A stretch of DNA of 64,000 bases from Octopus vulgaris (GCA_951406725.2 OX597818.1:3472001-3536000), one strand, 5' to 3'. Positions 12,300 to 26,492 are shown, numbered from the stretch's first letter. Numbers and translations are program-made. Notes: generated by a model not told the origin, from the sequence alone.

Positions 12300-14664
12300 T
12301 TGGTAAAACGGTAAGATAACAAAAGAAAGAAAGAGACCTCAATATTGTGTAAATAGAGGAAATTTATCTATAAAATAATATGTTACATTACTCGATAGTC
12401 AAGATAAAACTCTGAGTTTCAGATGCCGAAGTGGGAATCCACGCCGCCATCTCTTCGGTTATCTGGCTATTTGAAAACGCTATGAAAAAATACCGTTATA
12501 CAATGGGAAATTACTGTGTTATAACTCTGCTTGCCTGCGTACTTATACATCGCTATGTGAACGTACACATCTTCACTCGCATATTTCGTCATAAAAATTA
12601 TATAAAAATACATAAAAAATATATATAAATATAAAAAAAAATATATACATAAAATATATATAAAAAATATATGATAGAAGGTACGATGAGGTAAAAAACC
12701 TTCGTGGGACATAACAGAAAGCATGTTCTATCTGTCTTCTTTAGGGGACCAAAAACGTAACAGAAATTTAGTCACATATGGGCATGATCCGAAAAGTTCT
12801 GTCCTTGAATTTAGACATGTAGTAGGGTCTAAGCTGCTTTTCCAGATAAGTCATCTCTCCATGTCGCATAGACTGCACCTTCCGCTGCCATTGGTATAGG
12901 GGTTACATTTGGCCAAAATCTTCCAATGTATTTTATAATCGACACCTTTATCTCTTAAAGACCAAATATGATTAGATAATTGTGTCGCTTTTCTTTTATT
13001 CCAGTGCCTAAAGCTCAAAGTGTGGTTATTGAACCTGGCCTTGAAATTACCCTCTGTAAGGCCCACGTATTTCTTCGTCGAAATGGTGTCTTTAGTGGTT
13101 ATAGAGTCTACGGTAGCTTCATATATGATGGTCTTGGACATGCAAGCTCCATTTAGCGGGCACAATTCTTTATTCCTGCATGAACAGCTGTTTTCTTGTT
13201 GTGTTTTTTGTATGTTATGTTTGATTATGTTTTTAAAATTGGTAGTGGAACTAAAACTAATTTTTAAATTGTGTCTATTGAAGAGTTTCCTATAAGCATG
13301 GTTAACTGGAAAATGTCTATCTATCAGTGTTAGGAAATATTTACCTATATTGAAGGCCACCTCGGGTGAGTAAGGGGGTGTAAACCTGATGACCTTCCTA
13401 TTTCTATTATTCCTTTTCCTTACTGTTGGGCTAGTAACGGATGTATATTTTATTTTTTCGCTAAAACCACTATCTTTTAAAGCCTTATTATAAACTGGGG
13501 CAACGCTATTAAAGATGTCCTTATCAGAGGAGAGGCTAGAAATCCTCTTACTAATATTTTTAACTAAATTTTTGAATACTATAGGGGGATGGCATAAACC
13601 TACATTAATATAACTTAGTCTATCATTGGGCTTCCTATAAGGTTTATAAATATTCTTATTAAGATCTAATGAAACGTCTAAGAAATTGACAATCATCAGG
13701 TTAGTATCTATAGTTATATTAAGTCTGAAGTATTTCATTAACTGGATAATATCCTTCCTAAAACGATCTTGTGCTGGTCCATTTTTATTAGCTGTTAAGG
13801 CGAGGGCATCATCTTTGTAGATGGCGAAATGTACGTCAGGGAATGTCGTACCTAAGGTATCTAGGAGAAAAAATCCAATAAGATCGCAAATGCCTGCCCC
13901 ATCATATGACCCCATGCTCACATCGAAAGCGCCCTCTGTGTCGGTGTTTTTTACCCACTTTGCGTTCTCACTGAAAAGTAAGGTCTTTCTAGCATGGAAG
14001 ATTATGTCCTTATCCTTTGTACTAATTTCTATGAAGTCGCTAGCGAAGACGAGGGCTTTATCTAGCAGTTCTTTAGAGATAGAGGCATAAAAATCAATAA
14101 TATCGAATTGTGTAAACCTCGCTTTTTTCTTATTCTTAATGGCCTTAAACCAGTCCACGACTTCTATACTATTGGACCATTGTATCGTTCTTAATTTTCG
14201 CATTTATTTTATCTAAAATTTCTTTACTAATAATCCCAAGTTCTGACTTGGCTGGGTTGATAAGCCTACATTTTGGGTTGGAAAGGAAGTTCTCTTTGTG
14301 GTCTTTAATGGTAATAAAGGCCTCTTTTTGGGGAAGGGCTTCTATTTTTTTATCTAATTTAAGTTTAGCGGCGATGACGCTAGCTTCTTTATTAATTTCG
14401 TTATATGTCTGTGCCCTAGCCTTAGTGTAATTATTAATGATGCTGTTGTGTAAGAGTTGTGTGTATTTGCTGTTATCTTGGTTTTGTCCGAAAAAAGTGC
14501 TTTTTTCTTGGAGCTTTTTATATGTTTAATATCTTTTTTCAATTTACGAAATTTTATTTTGTTCATAATTTTCAGCAAGTCCGCTTCGAAATCTTCCAAG
14601 CCTTTAATCCTGGGAGGAAATCTTTTTGATTTTATACGATAGAAAGTGTTTTCCGTGGTGTCCG
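12300..14664 (-). mobile_element. Penelope-like element (RT + GIY-YIG), 5'-truncated
   Basis: ORF 12851-14203 has QFDIIDFYASI, MGSYDGA, YKDD, VNFLDV, CSCR..CP, IIYEATV..KKYVGLTE..FKARFNNH. Terminal repeat with HHR at 12300-12780. Confidence 0.92.
12403..12463 (-). ncRNA. Hammerhead ribozyme motif, CCGAAGA core variant
   Basis: gataa CCGAAGA gatg..gtgg/ccac..catct GAAA ctcagag TT ttatc. The same motif recurs at 53789-53849. Confidence 0.7.
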
Positions 14665-17206
14665 CTGGAAGAATAGTGGTAGCAGGGAATTATATCAGGC
14701 TGCCACAAGGGAAGCTAGGAGACAGGTTTATTTAGCCAGAGGGGAAGCAGATAAGAAGAAATTTGCCAATGTTCTGTGCCATGGGAACCAAACATTTGAG
14801 GTATTTCCTGTTGCAAGACTGTGTGTGAGAGAGAATCGTGATGTCGTAGGAGAGAAATGTGTCCACATGGATGATGGTTCACTTGCATTAAACGAGGCTG
14901 CAAAGAGCGAGGTTTGGAAAGGGTCTTAAATAAATGAATGAATGGGAGAAAGAGAGTCTTCCAGTTGCCAGTTGCCGACCCAACATTGGTAGATAAAGCA
15001 ATTAAGGGTATGAAGACAGGGAAATCCCCCGGCCCATCAACAATCACCACAGAATGCTCAAAATATCTGGTAGTGTCGGCTATAGCCTAGTCACCGGTAT
15101 AGTTAACCAGGTGATACACGAAGGAGTCATACCCAATGACTGGTGTAGCAGCATAATAGTCAACTTCTACAAAGGTAAAGGTGACACTTTAGATACAAAT
15201 AATTACAGAAGTATCAAGTTGCTGATACAAATAATTACAGAGGTATCAAGTTGTTGAAAGGTCACGGAGAGGGTCATAGCCCAACTAATTAGGGAAAGGG
15301 TCAGGCTAGATGAGATGCAGTTTGGGTTCGTGCCAGGGAAAAGCATCACTGATGCTATATTTAAGACAGCTGCAGGAGAAATACCTAGCTAAAGATTATC
15401 CTTTGTATCTGGCTTTTGTTAACATAGAGAAAGACTTTGACAGAGCCCCCCGATCCCTTATCTGGTGGTCAATGAGGAAACTAGGGATAGATGAATGGTT
15501 AGTGAGAGCTGTACAAGCCATGTACAGGGATGCTGTCAGTAAGGTGAGGGTGGGCAACGAGTACAGTGAAGAATTCTGGGTATGGTTAGGGGTACACAAT
15601 GATCAGTCCTCAGCCTCCTCTTATTCATCATAGTCCTCCAGGCAATAACAGAGGAATTCAAGACAGGATGCACCTGGGAGATCCTCCATGCTGATGACCT
15701 TGCTCTAATTGCTCAGTTACTATCAGAACTAGGAGAAGTTTTAGGTGTGGAAGCAAGGATTAAAATCAAAGGGCCATAGAGTCAACTTAGCTAAAACCAA
15801 AGTCTTAATAAGTAGGAAAGCAGACAGACAACAAATCCCTTCAGGTAGATGGTCCTGCTCGATCTGTAGAAAAGGCATAGGTAGAAAATCCATAAGATGT
15901 ACCCAGTATAAGCTATGGATACATAAGAGGTGCAGCAATAACAAAGGAAGGCTAAATGGAAAGATAGTTTTTGTATGTGGCAAATGTTCAGGTGCTATAA
16001 ACACTGAAAATGTGCAGAGAACAGCTTCTGTCACATACCAGCACTACAAGCAGTTGATAGCTTCTGTTATCAAGTCAGTAGCGGAAGTGAATGCTCTGAA
16101 AATGTAGCTGCTAGAATAACAATAGCCAAAGCAAAGTTTAGAGAGCTCCTACCTCTCCTGGTGACAAAGGGCCTCTCGCTCAGAGTTAAAGGTAGACTGT
16201 ATGATGCATATGTCACATGTCAGTGGAACATGGGCTGTGACTGCTGAGAACATGCATCAGCTTGCAAGGAAAGAAGCCAGTATGCTGCACTGGATGTGTA
16301 ATGTCAATGTGCATACACGACAGAGTGTTAGTACCCTGAGAGAAAAGTTGGATTTAAGAAGCATCAGATATGGTGTGCAAGAGAGACGAATGTGTTGCGA
16401 ATGAATGAGAAAAGCTCTGTGAAAAAGTGCCACACCCTAGCTGTTGAGGGAACCTGTGGAAGAGGTAGACCTAAGAAGACCTAGGATGAGGTGGTGAAGC
16501 ACGACCGTCAAACATTGAGTTTTACCGAGGCAATGACTAGTGACCGAGACCTTTGGAGATATGCTGTGCTTGAGAAGACCCAACAAGCCATGTGAGACCA
16601 TAGCTCGTGGCCTATGCCAGTGGGTATAACCAGACCACATATGAATAGCTCTCATTCAATGGACAATAAACTTTGCTTGCAAAGACCTGTTGAGGCAAGT
16701 GAAACCAAAATCGCTGACGTGGCAGATGACAGTACTGCCTGATTGGCACTTATGCCAGTTGAACGTTAAAAGCACATCCGAGTTTGATCGTTGCCAGGGC
16801 CGCGGATTGGCTCCCATGCCGGTGGCACATAAAAAGGCCAATTCGAGTGTGATCATTGCCAATGTCGCCTTACCAGCACATGTGCTGGTGCAACGTGAAA
16901 ATCAACATTTGAGCGTGGTCGTTGCCAGTGCCGCCAGACTGACTCCCGTGCAGGTAGCACGTAAAAAACCCCTTTCGAGCATAGTCATTGCCAGAACCTG
17001 ACTGGACCTCGTATCAGTGGCACGTAAAAGCACCCACTACACTCTCAGAGTGGTTGGCATTAGGAAAGGCATCCAGCTAGAGAAACTTTGCCAGATCAGA
17101 TTGGAGCCTGGCGCAGCCTTCTGGCTCGCAAATCCTCAATCAAACCATCCAACCCATGCCAGCATGGAAAGTGGATGTTAAACGACGATGATGATTATGA
17201 TGATGA
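14665..17206 (+). mobile_element. RTE-PHD LINE copy 2, decayed, with 3' UTR and (GAT)n tail
   Basis: Homologous to 3740-5369. RT and PHD remnants in ORFs 15054-16404. The 3' UTR has ggcacgtaaaa subrepeats and a gacgatgatgat tail. Confidence 0.9.
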
Positions 17207-17225
17207 TACATATATATATACATAT

Positions 17226-17291
<66 letters not shown>

Positions 17292-17304
17292 CATATATTG
17301 TGTG

Positions 17305-17341
<37 letters not shown>

Positions 17342-17374
17342 GTATATATATGCATGTATATATATACTTATATA

Positions 17375-17439
<65 letters not shown>

Positions 17440-18801
17440 GCAAAACAATTTAGATTCAAATGAATATGGTACTTAACTTAGATGCACCAGAATTTTTTTA
17501 TGGTATTACCCATAAAATTATGTGGGGTGATTAAAACCAAAATGTCCGGCATCTGGTCGTTGTTCGGTCCATAATGTAATCTATAAATGTACTATAACAG
17601 CTTCTAATAGTAACTTTTTTTTACCTGGGTTGTACTATTAATTTTAAACAGAAATTTAGCAATCATCTCGCCTCTTTCCGATTAGATCATAAAGCAGGTT
17701 GCACTACACTTTCCAGTAAAATTTGGGAACTCAAAACTAATAATATTAAATATAACCTAAAATGGGAAATAGTTAGAAGGGCAGTACCTTATAGAAATAA
17801 TAGGGTAGGCTGTCAACTCTGTTCCATGGAGACATACGAGATTCTAAAGTATAGAAAAAATTAAAATCTACTAAATAATCGTATAGAGTTAGGTGTCTTG
17901 TATTCATTCAAAAATCAAAACTTTAAAATATTTTAAATAGAAATTTGTAGGTTCCCCTATTGTTGTTCTTTCTAACTGTATCTTTTTTAATATAAAAATA
18001 AATAATAAATGTACTATGCTAATTTTTAATTGACTTTATAGTCAACTTAATTAACCTTACTTAAATCAAGAAATTGCTATTTTTCCTAATTCTATCCTAA
18101 ATTTAACATGTAATACTATTCTCTTAGTTATACATTTGATTTTCACTATGAATTTTGAATAGGTACAGTTCCCCTACCATTTGCTATTGATTTTAATTGA
18201 CCTCTAGATGTTGACCTAAATTCCTTCTTACCATATAAAAACAAAAGTTAAAATATAAACAATAATAAATAAACAGCCTTCTATTCTAGTGTTAACCTTA
18301 ATTTTCTTACTGTATCTTTCTCTACTGATAATCTATGACCCCTTTAGTGTTTTCCTTTGATCTTCCTTTATTTTTAATCCCACTATTTCTGACAGTTTTT
18401 AGTTGAAAGCTAGGAGTGGTCAAACTTACAGTTCTCCTAAGAATTTAAGATTCCTTCCACACTGACCTAGATTTTCTGTCACCATAGAAATAGACTTACC
18501 TTTCTTTTTAGTATCTTTATTTCTTTTTACACCCCCATATTATTTTTCTTCTTTTGTTCTTTGCTCTAGCTAGTCAGCTTCCTCGACCTACCCCTGCTAT
18601 CTTTCATACTACTATAGAATTTTGTTTGCAACAGTTAGATGCGAACTTAATCGTGGTCTGATCGGCGTCTTTCCTCATGTTTCTTGAAATTTATATCCAC
18701 ATCTTTATGAGTATATTTACCTTCTCTAGGATGTCAATAATTAATTTAAGAACTTTGTATTGTTGGAAAACATATATGGTCTGCTTGGAATCTTACTTCT
18801 C

Positions 18802-20977
18802 GTATTCTCCCGCTATCCAAGATCAGTGTCAGACGTATCTGTGTGAGCCCCTCTTGCCAAGAGTGATCATGCGGTCCTGAAGTTCGTCATGCACACAACT
18901 TTTTCTACGCCCACGACTACTTCGCTGCCACGTAGAGTCTTCTCTGCAATTAATCTTGAAATTCTAACCGAGGCTTCCGCGCTTCTGGACTGGCGATCCC
19001 TGATGACGTTGTCCTCAGTTGACGAACTATGGTCATCCCTCAAAGCATATGTAATCTGGTTGACTGACCAGGCAGTTCCCGTTGGGCTTCCCAAGAAGAA
19101 GAAACACAAGCCCTGGGTGACGAAGAAGGTTAAACGAGAACGTCGACTCAGAGATATTGCTTGGGCTGAATTCAAAGATCTGGATTCGACTGCAGCTTTT
19201 GAGGTGTACAAAACTCAACGAGACCGAGCCGTGAAAATTGAAAAGGAAGAACGCTTCAGTTATGAATACAAAATCGCGGCAAATGCCAGTAGCAATCCAA
19301 AAACCTTCTTTGCCCATGTCCAACGGAATTCCCGCTTGAACAACCAGATTGCAACATTGGTAGACTCAACAGGCGTATCGATTGAGGACCTTTATCAACA
19401 GAGTCAATTATTTGCCGAGGCTTTTTCAACTATTTTCAAACAAGATGATGGTCGTGAACCCCCTCCATTTGATAGATCGGTACCTCCAATGCTTCGATTG
19501 GTCATCACGCGGGACGAAGTCAAACGTGTTATTCAAGGCCTCGATGTCAACAAGGGTCACGGCCCTGACGGCATACACCCACGGGTTATCAAAGCGTTGA
19601 CTCCGGTCATCTGCGAGCCCTTAACACGTCTATTCAATATGTCATTGGCGACGGGTGTTATACCTGCGGACTGGAGAACAGCGATAATCTGCCCAATTTT
19701 CAAGAAAGGGAGCCGCGAAGACCCGCCTAACTACCGACCGGTTTCCCTTACATCAATAATCAGCAAGATCTTCGAAACCATCCTTAAGAAAAGTATGATG
19801 CTCCACCTCCAAAACACAGCCTCGATCACTGATTCCCAACACGGCCTCGTGCCGAAGAGATCATGCTTGACCAACTTACTAGTAATGGAAGAATTGGTGA
19901 CGCGCATCCTCGATGATAGCGATGCTGTTGACATCGTTTTATTGGACTTTGCCAAAGCTTTTGACTCGGTAAACCACCGCCTATTACTTGTCAAGCTTCA
20001 AGCATATAGTTTCCATCCGGGCCCTTATTGTTCTTAGTCTTCATAAATGACTTGCCCGACGACCTCACGCAATACACCCTTCTATTTGCCGACGATATCA
20101 AACTGGTCGCTCCTCGCGGTAATATAGAGGATCTTCGTCGATGCCTCCACCAAATTTGGAAGTGGTCTAACGAATGGGACCTGTGTCTGAACGTGTCAAA
20201 GTGCTGTCATCTGCCTGTTGGCTCTCCTCCTGCAACTCAACTTGATTTCGAGCCGGGTCGTCTGCTGCTGGAGAGGACCGATCAGGTAAAGGACCTGGGT
20301 ATCTTGGTGGATTCCTCCTTTTCGCCTTCGGCCCAGTGCGTCCATGCTGCCAACAAAGCACGCGGAATTCTGTTCTTGATTCGACGGTCATTCGGAATGC
20401 TCACAGCAGCCATATTCCTACCACTCTATGTCACGCTGGTGAGACCCATATTGGAGTATGGGATTCGAGCCTCTTCTCCTTATCTCCTCAAAGACATACA
20501 GCATCTCGAAAGAGTCCAGAAGCTGGCTACCCCCATGGTTCATGGTCTCAAAAATTTGTCCTATGAAGAAAGGCTGAGGACGCTCGACCTTTGTTCTCTT
20601 GAAAAACGCCGCCGCCGTGGTGATCTCATTCTCGCCCACAACATCATAAGAGGAAAGTGTAACCTCTCGAAAGAGCTATTCTTCACCCTTGCTCCAGAGC
20701 GTCGGCTGCGGGGTCATTCCGAAAAGCTCTACCTGCGACGATTTCATCTCAATCGAAGGAGAGGAGCTTTCTCCGTCCGGGTTGCGGATCCGTGGAACAA
20801 GCTGCCAGACGAGATGGTGAAGATGCCGACGACCGCTTTGTTCAAAGCCTCCCTTGACCTCAAGTGGCCTGAACTCTTTACATGAACACCACCCTTTACT
20901 TAACTCCATGTCCCCCTACATGGCCTTGCTATTTGCTTTTGAGCCAAATTAACTAACTAACTAACTAACTAACTAAG
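18802..20977 (+). mobile_element. CR1-group LINE, 5'-truncated, young-looking, with internal RT deletion
   Basis: ORFs 18889-20037 and 20028-20885 have KGHGPDGIHPR, NYRPVSLTS, QHG, LDFAKAFDSVNH, FADD, KDLG, LERVQ, SLEKRRRRGDL. The GVPQGS region is missing at ~20020. Tail is (ctaa)n. Confidence 0.93.
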
Positions 20978-21050
20978 TTCCTGGAACTCACATCTATAAC
21001 TTTATAAGTATATTTACACTCTCTAAGATGTTTGGAAAACCTATATGAAA

Positions 21051-21136
21051 TTTAGCTGAAGATTACTTGACATTATATTTGCTGTCATTTTTGAAGCTTT
21101 AATAAAATGTTTATAGTATGAAACAATTGTACTAAA
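21051..21136 (+). ncRNA. Type I hammerhead ribozyme motif
   Basis: tttag CTGAAGA ttact...agtat GAAA caattg TA ctaaa. Perfect stem I, palindromic stem III, GUA cleavage triplet. Confidence 0.82.
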
Positions 21137-21160
21137 CTACTGATCCATTCGTGTTGCTTA

Positions 21161-21369
21161 TTTTTTGGTTTTAATCACCCCACATAATTTTATGGGTAAT
21201 ACCATAAAAAATTCTGGTGCATCTAAGTTAAGTACCATATTCATTTGAATCTAAATTGTTTTGCTGAAATTATATATATATATATAGAATGTGTGTATAT
21301 AAGTATATATATATACATGCATATATATATATATATATATACATACACACAATATATGTATATATATAC

Positions 21370-21422
<53 letters not shown>

Positions 21423-21877
21423 CACAATATGTATATATATATATATATGTATCATCATCATAATCATCATCGTCGTTTAACATCCACTTTCCATGCTGGC
21501 ATGGGTTGGATGGTTTGATTGAGGATTTGCGAGCCAGAAGGCTGCGCCAGGCTCCAATCTGATCTGGCAAAGTTTCTCTAGCTGAATGCCTTTCCTAATG
21601 CCAACCACTCTGAGAGTGTAGTGGGTGCTTTTACGTGCCACTGATACGAGGTCAAGTCAGGTTCTGGCAATGACTATGCTCGAAAAGGGTTTTTTACGTG
21701 CTACCTGTACGGGAGTCAGTCTGGCGGCACTGGCAACGACCACGCTCAAATGTTGATTTTCACGTTGCACCAGCACATGTACTGGTAAGGCGACATTGGC
21801 AATGATCACACTCGAATTGACCTTTTTATGTGCCACCAGCATGGGAGCCAATCCGTGGCCCTGGCGACGATCAAACT
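21161..21877 (-). repeat. Inverted duplicate of ~16780-17543 (RTE 3' UTR + microsatellite + PLE terminus)
   Basis: Near-identical peptides appear in opposite orientation in the ORF track ([15 protein letters not shown]... at 17088+ and 21570-). The interrupted GAT tail and the microsatellite interruptions are the same. Confidence 0.92.
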
Positions 21878-23201
21878 AAACATTAGTAAGAATATTTGCG
21901 GTGTACTTTGTTAAAATAACGCCACTTACTCCGTTACCAATTCGTCAGCAGATTATTAAGCTTCGAAGGAAGGATTGTTTAAGTATTGGATCTATTGCAA
22001 AGAGTGTTAACAAGTCAAAAAGTGTTGTTCACGGTATCCTTAAGGTCTACGATGACTGTGGTTCGTGTGAAGCAAGAAAGTTTACAGATAGGCCAAGAAA
22101 AACGACCAAGAGAGAAGATCGTGCTATGGTAAAGTTGGTTAAAAAGGACAGATTTAAAATTGCTGCTGCTGTTTCTCGAAAAATGAGCATTGTACTGAAG
22201 AAAACTTTATCTCGAAAAACTGTGTCTCGTCGTTTAGTTGAACATGACCTACAAGCAAGAGCACCTGCAGTGAAGCCACTGATCAGCTCCAAGAATAAAG
22301 TGTCGTCTTACCTTTACAACCAAACATGTGTTGTGGTCTCAAGAAAAATGGCAAACGGTGCATTTCAGTGATGAATCTAAGTTTATGCTATTTGGCTCAG
22401 ATGGGAAAAGGTACGTTCGTAGAAAAGTAGGTGAAAAATTGTTGCCTAAATGCCTTAAGACTAGTGTTAAATTCGGTTGAGGAAGTGTCATGGTTTGGGG
22501 AATGATATCAGGAGATGGTGTGGGCCCTTTGGTGCGATTACATGGAAAGTTAAATGCAGGAGTTTATAAACAACTTGTAAAAGATCATGTCTTGCCTGTG
22601 CTGAGAAATTCAACTAAGCGACCACCCATATTCATGCAGGACAATGCCCCATGTCACAAGGCTAAGGTGGTCATGAACTTCCTCAAGGCTGAAAAGGTTA
22701 TTGTTATGGATTGGCCAGCTCAAAGCCCAGATCTCAATCCTATTGAAAATGTGTGGAATATTCTAGGAGAACGTTTGAAAGCCAGAAATCCTAAAACAAC
22801 TGAGCAATTATGGAATGCCCTTCAGGAAGAATGGAATAAGATCACCCAGCAAGAAATTGAAAATTTAATTTCCTCATGCAGTCGAAGATGTCAGAGTGTG
22901 ATTGAAGCTAAAGGGCTTCACACTAAATATTAAATAATTCCAATATTCTCTGTCATTTTTGATTATTTTGTTATTTTTCAACCGTTCTGATCATTTTGGC
23001 CGCCATGGGTTTTGCAGTAAATTACTAAATCATCCATAACTTTTGTATCCTCTCAAATTACACCAAAATCTCAGACAATACCAATTAATACTGTATTTAT
23101 TGTCTGTGAAAATTATAGAATATAAAACAACTTTGATATAAAAACTGATACCTACTTTTCTGACGAAAACAATACCGTTCTGAACATTTTGGCCGCAACT
23201 G
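21878..23201 (+). mobile_element. Tc1-family (DD34E) DNA transposon, left end missing, transposase pseudogene
   Basis: Paired-like HTH and DRPRKT in 21901-22371; FSDESKF; MQDNAPCH-x-SPDLNPIE with 34-aa D-E spacing. The right TIR is IR/DR type (accgttctgaWcattttggccgc at 22981 and 23174) and ends ...caactg|TA. Confidence 0.93.
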
Positions 23202-23287
23202 TATATATATGAAACAAATCCACTTTTAAAGGTGTATCCTTCAACTAGTTTGGAACATATTGTTATTTCTGTTTTATTTTAACAAAA

Positions 23288-23325
23288 CTGTCTGACGAAC
23301 GGGAACGTGAAACTCTGAGTAACAG
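23288..23325 (+). ncRNA. Minimal hammerhead ribozyme motif
   Basis: ctgt CTGACGA acg-ggaa-cgt GAAA ctctgag TA acag. All three stems and the core are intact. Confidence 0.85.
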
Positions 23326-23369
23326 CTTTTGTTATATTTCTGCTGCTTTTAAGTAATATATATATATTG

Positions 23370-26300
23370 TATAAATCTGTAATATAATATGTGACAATTA
23401 TTCGGTTGCCATAATAAAACTCCAAGTTTTGGATGTCAGGGCGGAAGACTGCTCCGGTATCTCATCAGTTATTAAGACAAGCAAAAATTGCTATAAAAAT
23501 GATAGTTAAACAAAAGGAAATTACTATGTAAATGACCCTTATCAAGACAAACAAAAGAGTTATTAGAATGACCATTAAATAAAGGGAAAAAACCCGAAGA
23601 GGAGAAAGTAAAAAAGTAAAAACGCTCTTAGAATTCATGTATGTATGCATGTACATACATACACATGCACACACGCTCACCCATGTACGTGTGCCTATAT
23701 ACACATGCTCACTCACACTCATGTGACACATACATGCACACCCCCACACACGCCTATATATGTACATATATATATATATGCAACCATACACATGTATACA
23801 TATACATATCTGCACACACACGTGCACATGCCCACACGCACACAATTATATTCATATACACGTCTAAATACGCACATGCTATATATGCATATGCTTACTG
23901 ACATTCGCGTGAAACACATGCATGTACACCCACATATATATGCAACCATACACATGTACACATATACCCACACGTAAATGTACCCATAAGCGAACAAATA
24001 TGTTCATATACACGTCTATATATGTACATGCACAAGAAAATGCAGGGGGAATGTAATATACAGAAAAAATATGTAAAAATATATAAGGCAATAAAAATAT
24101 ATAAAATATATATATAAGAATTAAAAAAAAATATATATAAAAATATAGAAAGATAAAATGCTTGTACTTGGACACAATATAAAAAGCTGGTTCTATCTCT
24201 GATCATTAACGGACCAAAAACGTGACAAATATTTAGCCATATGTGGACATGATCCAAAATGTTCAGTTCTTGAATTTAGACATGTAGCGGGGTTTAAGCT
24301 GCTTTTCCAGATGAGCCATCTTTACATATCGCAAAGTCCGCACTTTCCACTGCCGTTGGTGTAAGACTTACACTTGGCTAAGATCTTCCAATGGAAGTTG
24401 TAATTGACACCTTTTTTCTTTTAAGGACCATATATGAATGGATAATTTGGTTGCTTTTCTTTTATCCCAGTGTTTGAAGCTCAAGGTGTGATTGTTGAAC
24501 CTAGCTTTGAAATACCCCTCGGCGAGACCCACATATTTCTTTGACGAAACTATATCCTTAGTGGTTGTAGAGTGCACGGTGGCTTCTTAAATGATGGTCT
24601 TGGACATGCAAGCTCCATTTAGCTGGTACAAATTTTTATCCCTGCATGAACAGCTGGTTTCATTTTGTTGTTTTTGTGTGTTGTGAGCAATTATATTTTT
24701 AAAATTAGTAGTTGAGCTAAAACTGATTTTTAAGTAATGTCTATTGAGGAGCTTTCTGTAAGTATGATTGATTGGAAAATGTCTATCTAGAAGTGCTAAG
24801 AAATATTTACCTATATTAAAGATCACTTCAGGGGAGTAAGGGTGTGTGAAACAGATAGTTTTCCTATTCCTATGTTTCCTTTACTTTATTATTGGAATGA
24901 TTACAGGTGTATAGGTTATTTCCTCGCTAAACCCACTATCTTTTAGAGCATTATTATATACTGGGGCAACACTATTAAAAATGTCCCTATCGGAGGAGAG
25001 GCTAGAAATTCCTTTGCTAATGTTTTTAACTAAATTTTTTAACACTATGGAGGGATGGCAGGAACCTACATTAATATAACTAAGTCTATCATTGGGCTTC
25101 CTATAAGGTTTGTAATATTCTTATTTAAATCTAAGGATACATCTAGGAAATTGACAACCGTTGGGTTGGTATCTGTAGTTATGCTAAGACCGAAAGTTTT
25201 CATCATTTGGATACAAAGCATCATCTTTGTACATGACGAAATATACGTCAGGAAAAGTCTTGCCCAACGTGTCAAGTAGGAATAGTCCAATGAGATCGCA
25301 TATGCCTGCTCCATCATATGACTCCATGCTAACATCGAAAGCACCCTCTGTATCGGTAGTCTTGAATCACTCTGCATTCTCACTGTAGAGTAAAGTCTTT
25401 CTAGCACGGAAGACTATGTCCTTATCTTGTGTACAAATTTCTATAAATTCGCTTGCGAAGGTGAGGGCTTTATCTAGCAGTTCCTTAGAGATAGAGGAAT
25501 AGAAATCGACAATGTCAAATTGTGTAAATCTCGCTTTATTCTTATTCCTAATGGCTTCTATACTACTTCTATACCAATCAAGGACTTCTATACTATTGGA
25601 CCATTGTACTAACCTAGTAGCATTTCTGACTTTTGCATTAATTTTTCCTAAAATTTCTTTACTAATAATATCAATTTCTGATTAAGCTGGGTTAATAAGC
25701 CTACATTTAGGATTAGCTAGGAAGTTCTTTTTATGGTCTTTAATAGTTATAAAGGCCTCTTTTTTTCGAATGACCTCTATTTTTTTATATCTAATTTAAG
25801 TCAGGCGGCAATGATGCTAGCTTCTTTATTAATTTCATTATAAATTTCTGGCCTAGCTTTGGTGTAATTATTAATGATGCTGTTGTGTAGGAGTTGTGAA
25901 TATGTGCTGTTTTCTACAAGGTATAAGTTCTTGGTTTTATCAGGAAAAAGTGCTGTTTTTTTTAAACTCTTTATGTATTTGATATCTTTTTTCAGTTTCT
26001 GTTGAAAAGTGTTAAAAGACTTATGAAATTTTATTTTGTTAATGAGCTTCAGTAGGTCTGCTTCAAAGTTTTCCAAGCCTTTGATTTTTGGAGGGAATTT
26101 CTTTGATTTAATTCCATAGAATATGTTCTCTGTAGTGTCCTCTTCCATGTTGTAAAAGAAAGTTTTCCATCTCATACGCTTAATAAGGTCTGTAATTTTC
26201 TCCAAAAGTTTCTTAGAGTTTAGTTCCTTGGTTGGTATAGGTATGTTTTCCATAGAATAATCGATGTTGTAGGCGTCCATATTGAATTCTTCTGCAGGGC

Positions 26301-26492
26301 AGAGTCCTCAACCGATTTATGGCGATTTTTCAAAACAAGCTGTATGAGCTTTTAGGAAAAAATAGTTGTGTTACAGGAGATAATTTATTAATAGTAATGG
26401 TATGACAACAAAAGAATGAATGAGACCTCGATATTCTGTAAATAGAGGAATTTATCTGTAATATAATATCTGACAATTATTTGGTTGCCATA
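23370..26492 (-). mobile_element. Penelope-like element, near full length and decayed, related to the 12300-14664 copy
   Basis: ORF fragments 25801-26280 (MDAYNIDYSMENIPIP...), 25066-25407, 24587-24826 and 24368-24577 (KKYVGLAEGYFKARFNNH). A short direct repeat (atctgtaatataatat.tgacaattatt.ggttgccata) lies at both ends. A mutated HHR (GAAA>AAAA) is at 23412-23474. Confidence 0.9.

Larger units (their letters stand above)
17437..21268 (+). mobile_element. Penelope-like 3' remnant with inverted terminal segment, interrupted by CR1
   Basis: 17580-17860 translates FYLGCTINFKQKFSNHLASFR...LSSKIWELK...KWEIVRRAVPY...CQLC (GIY-YIG). An AT-rich 3' region continues after the CR1 to the HHR at 21051. 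17437-17543 is the inverted copy of 21161-21268. Confidence 0.75.
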
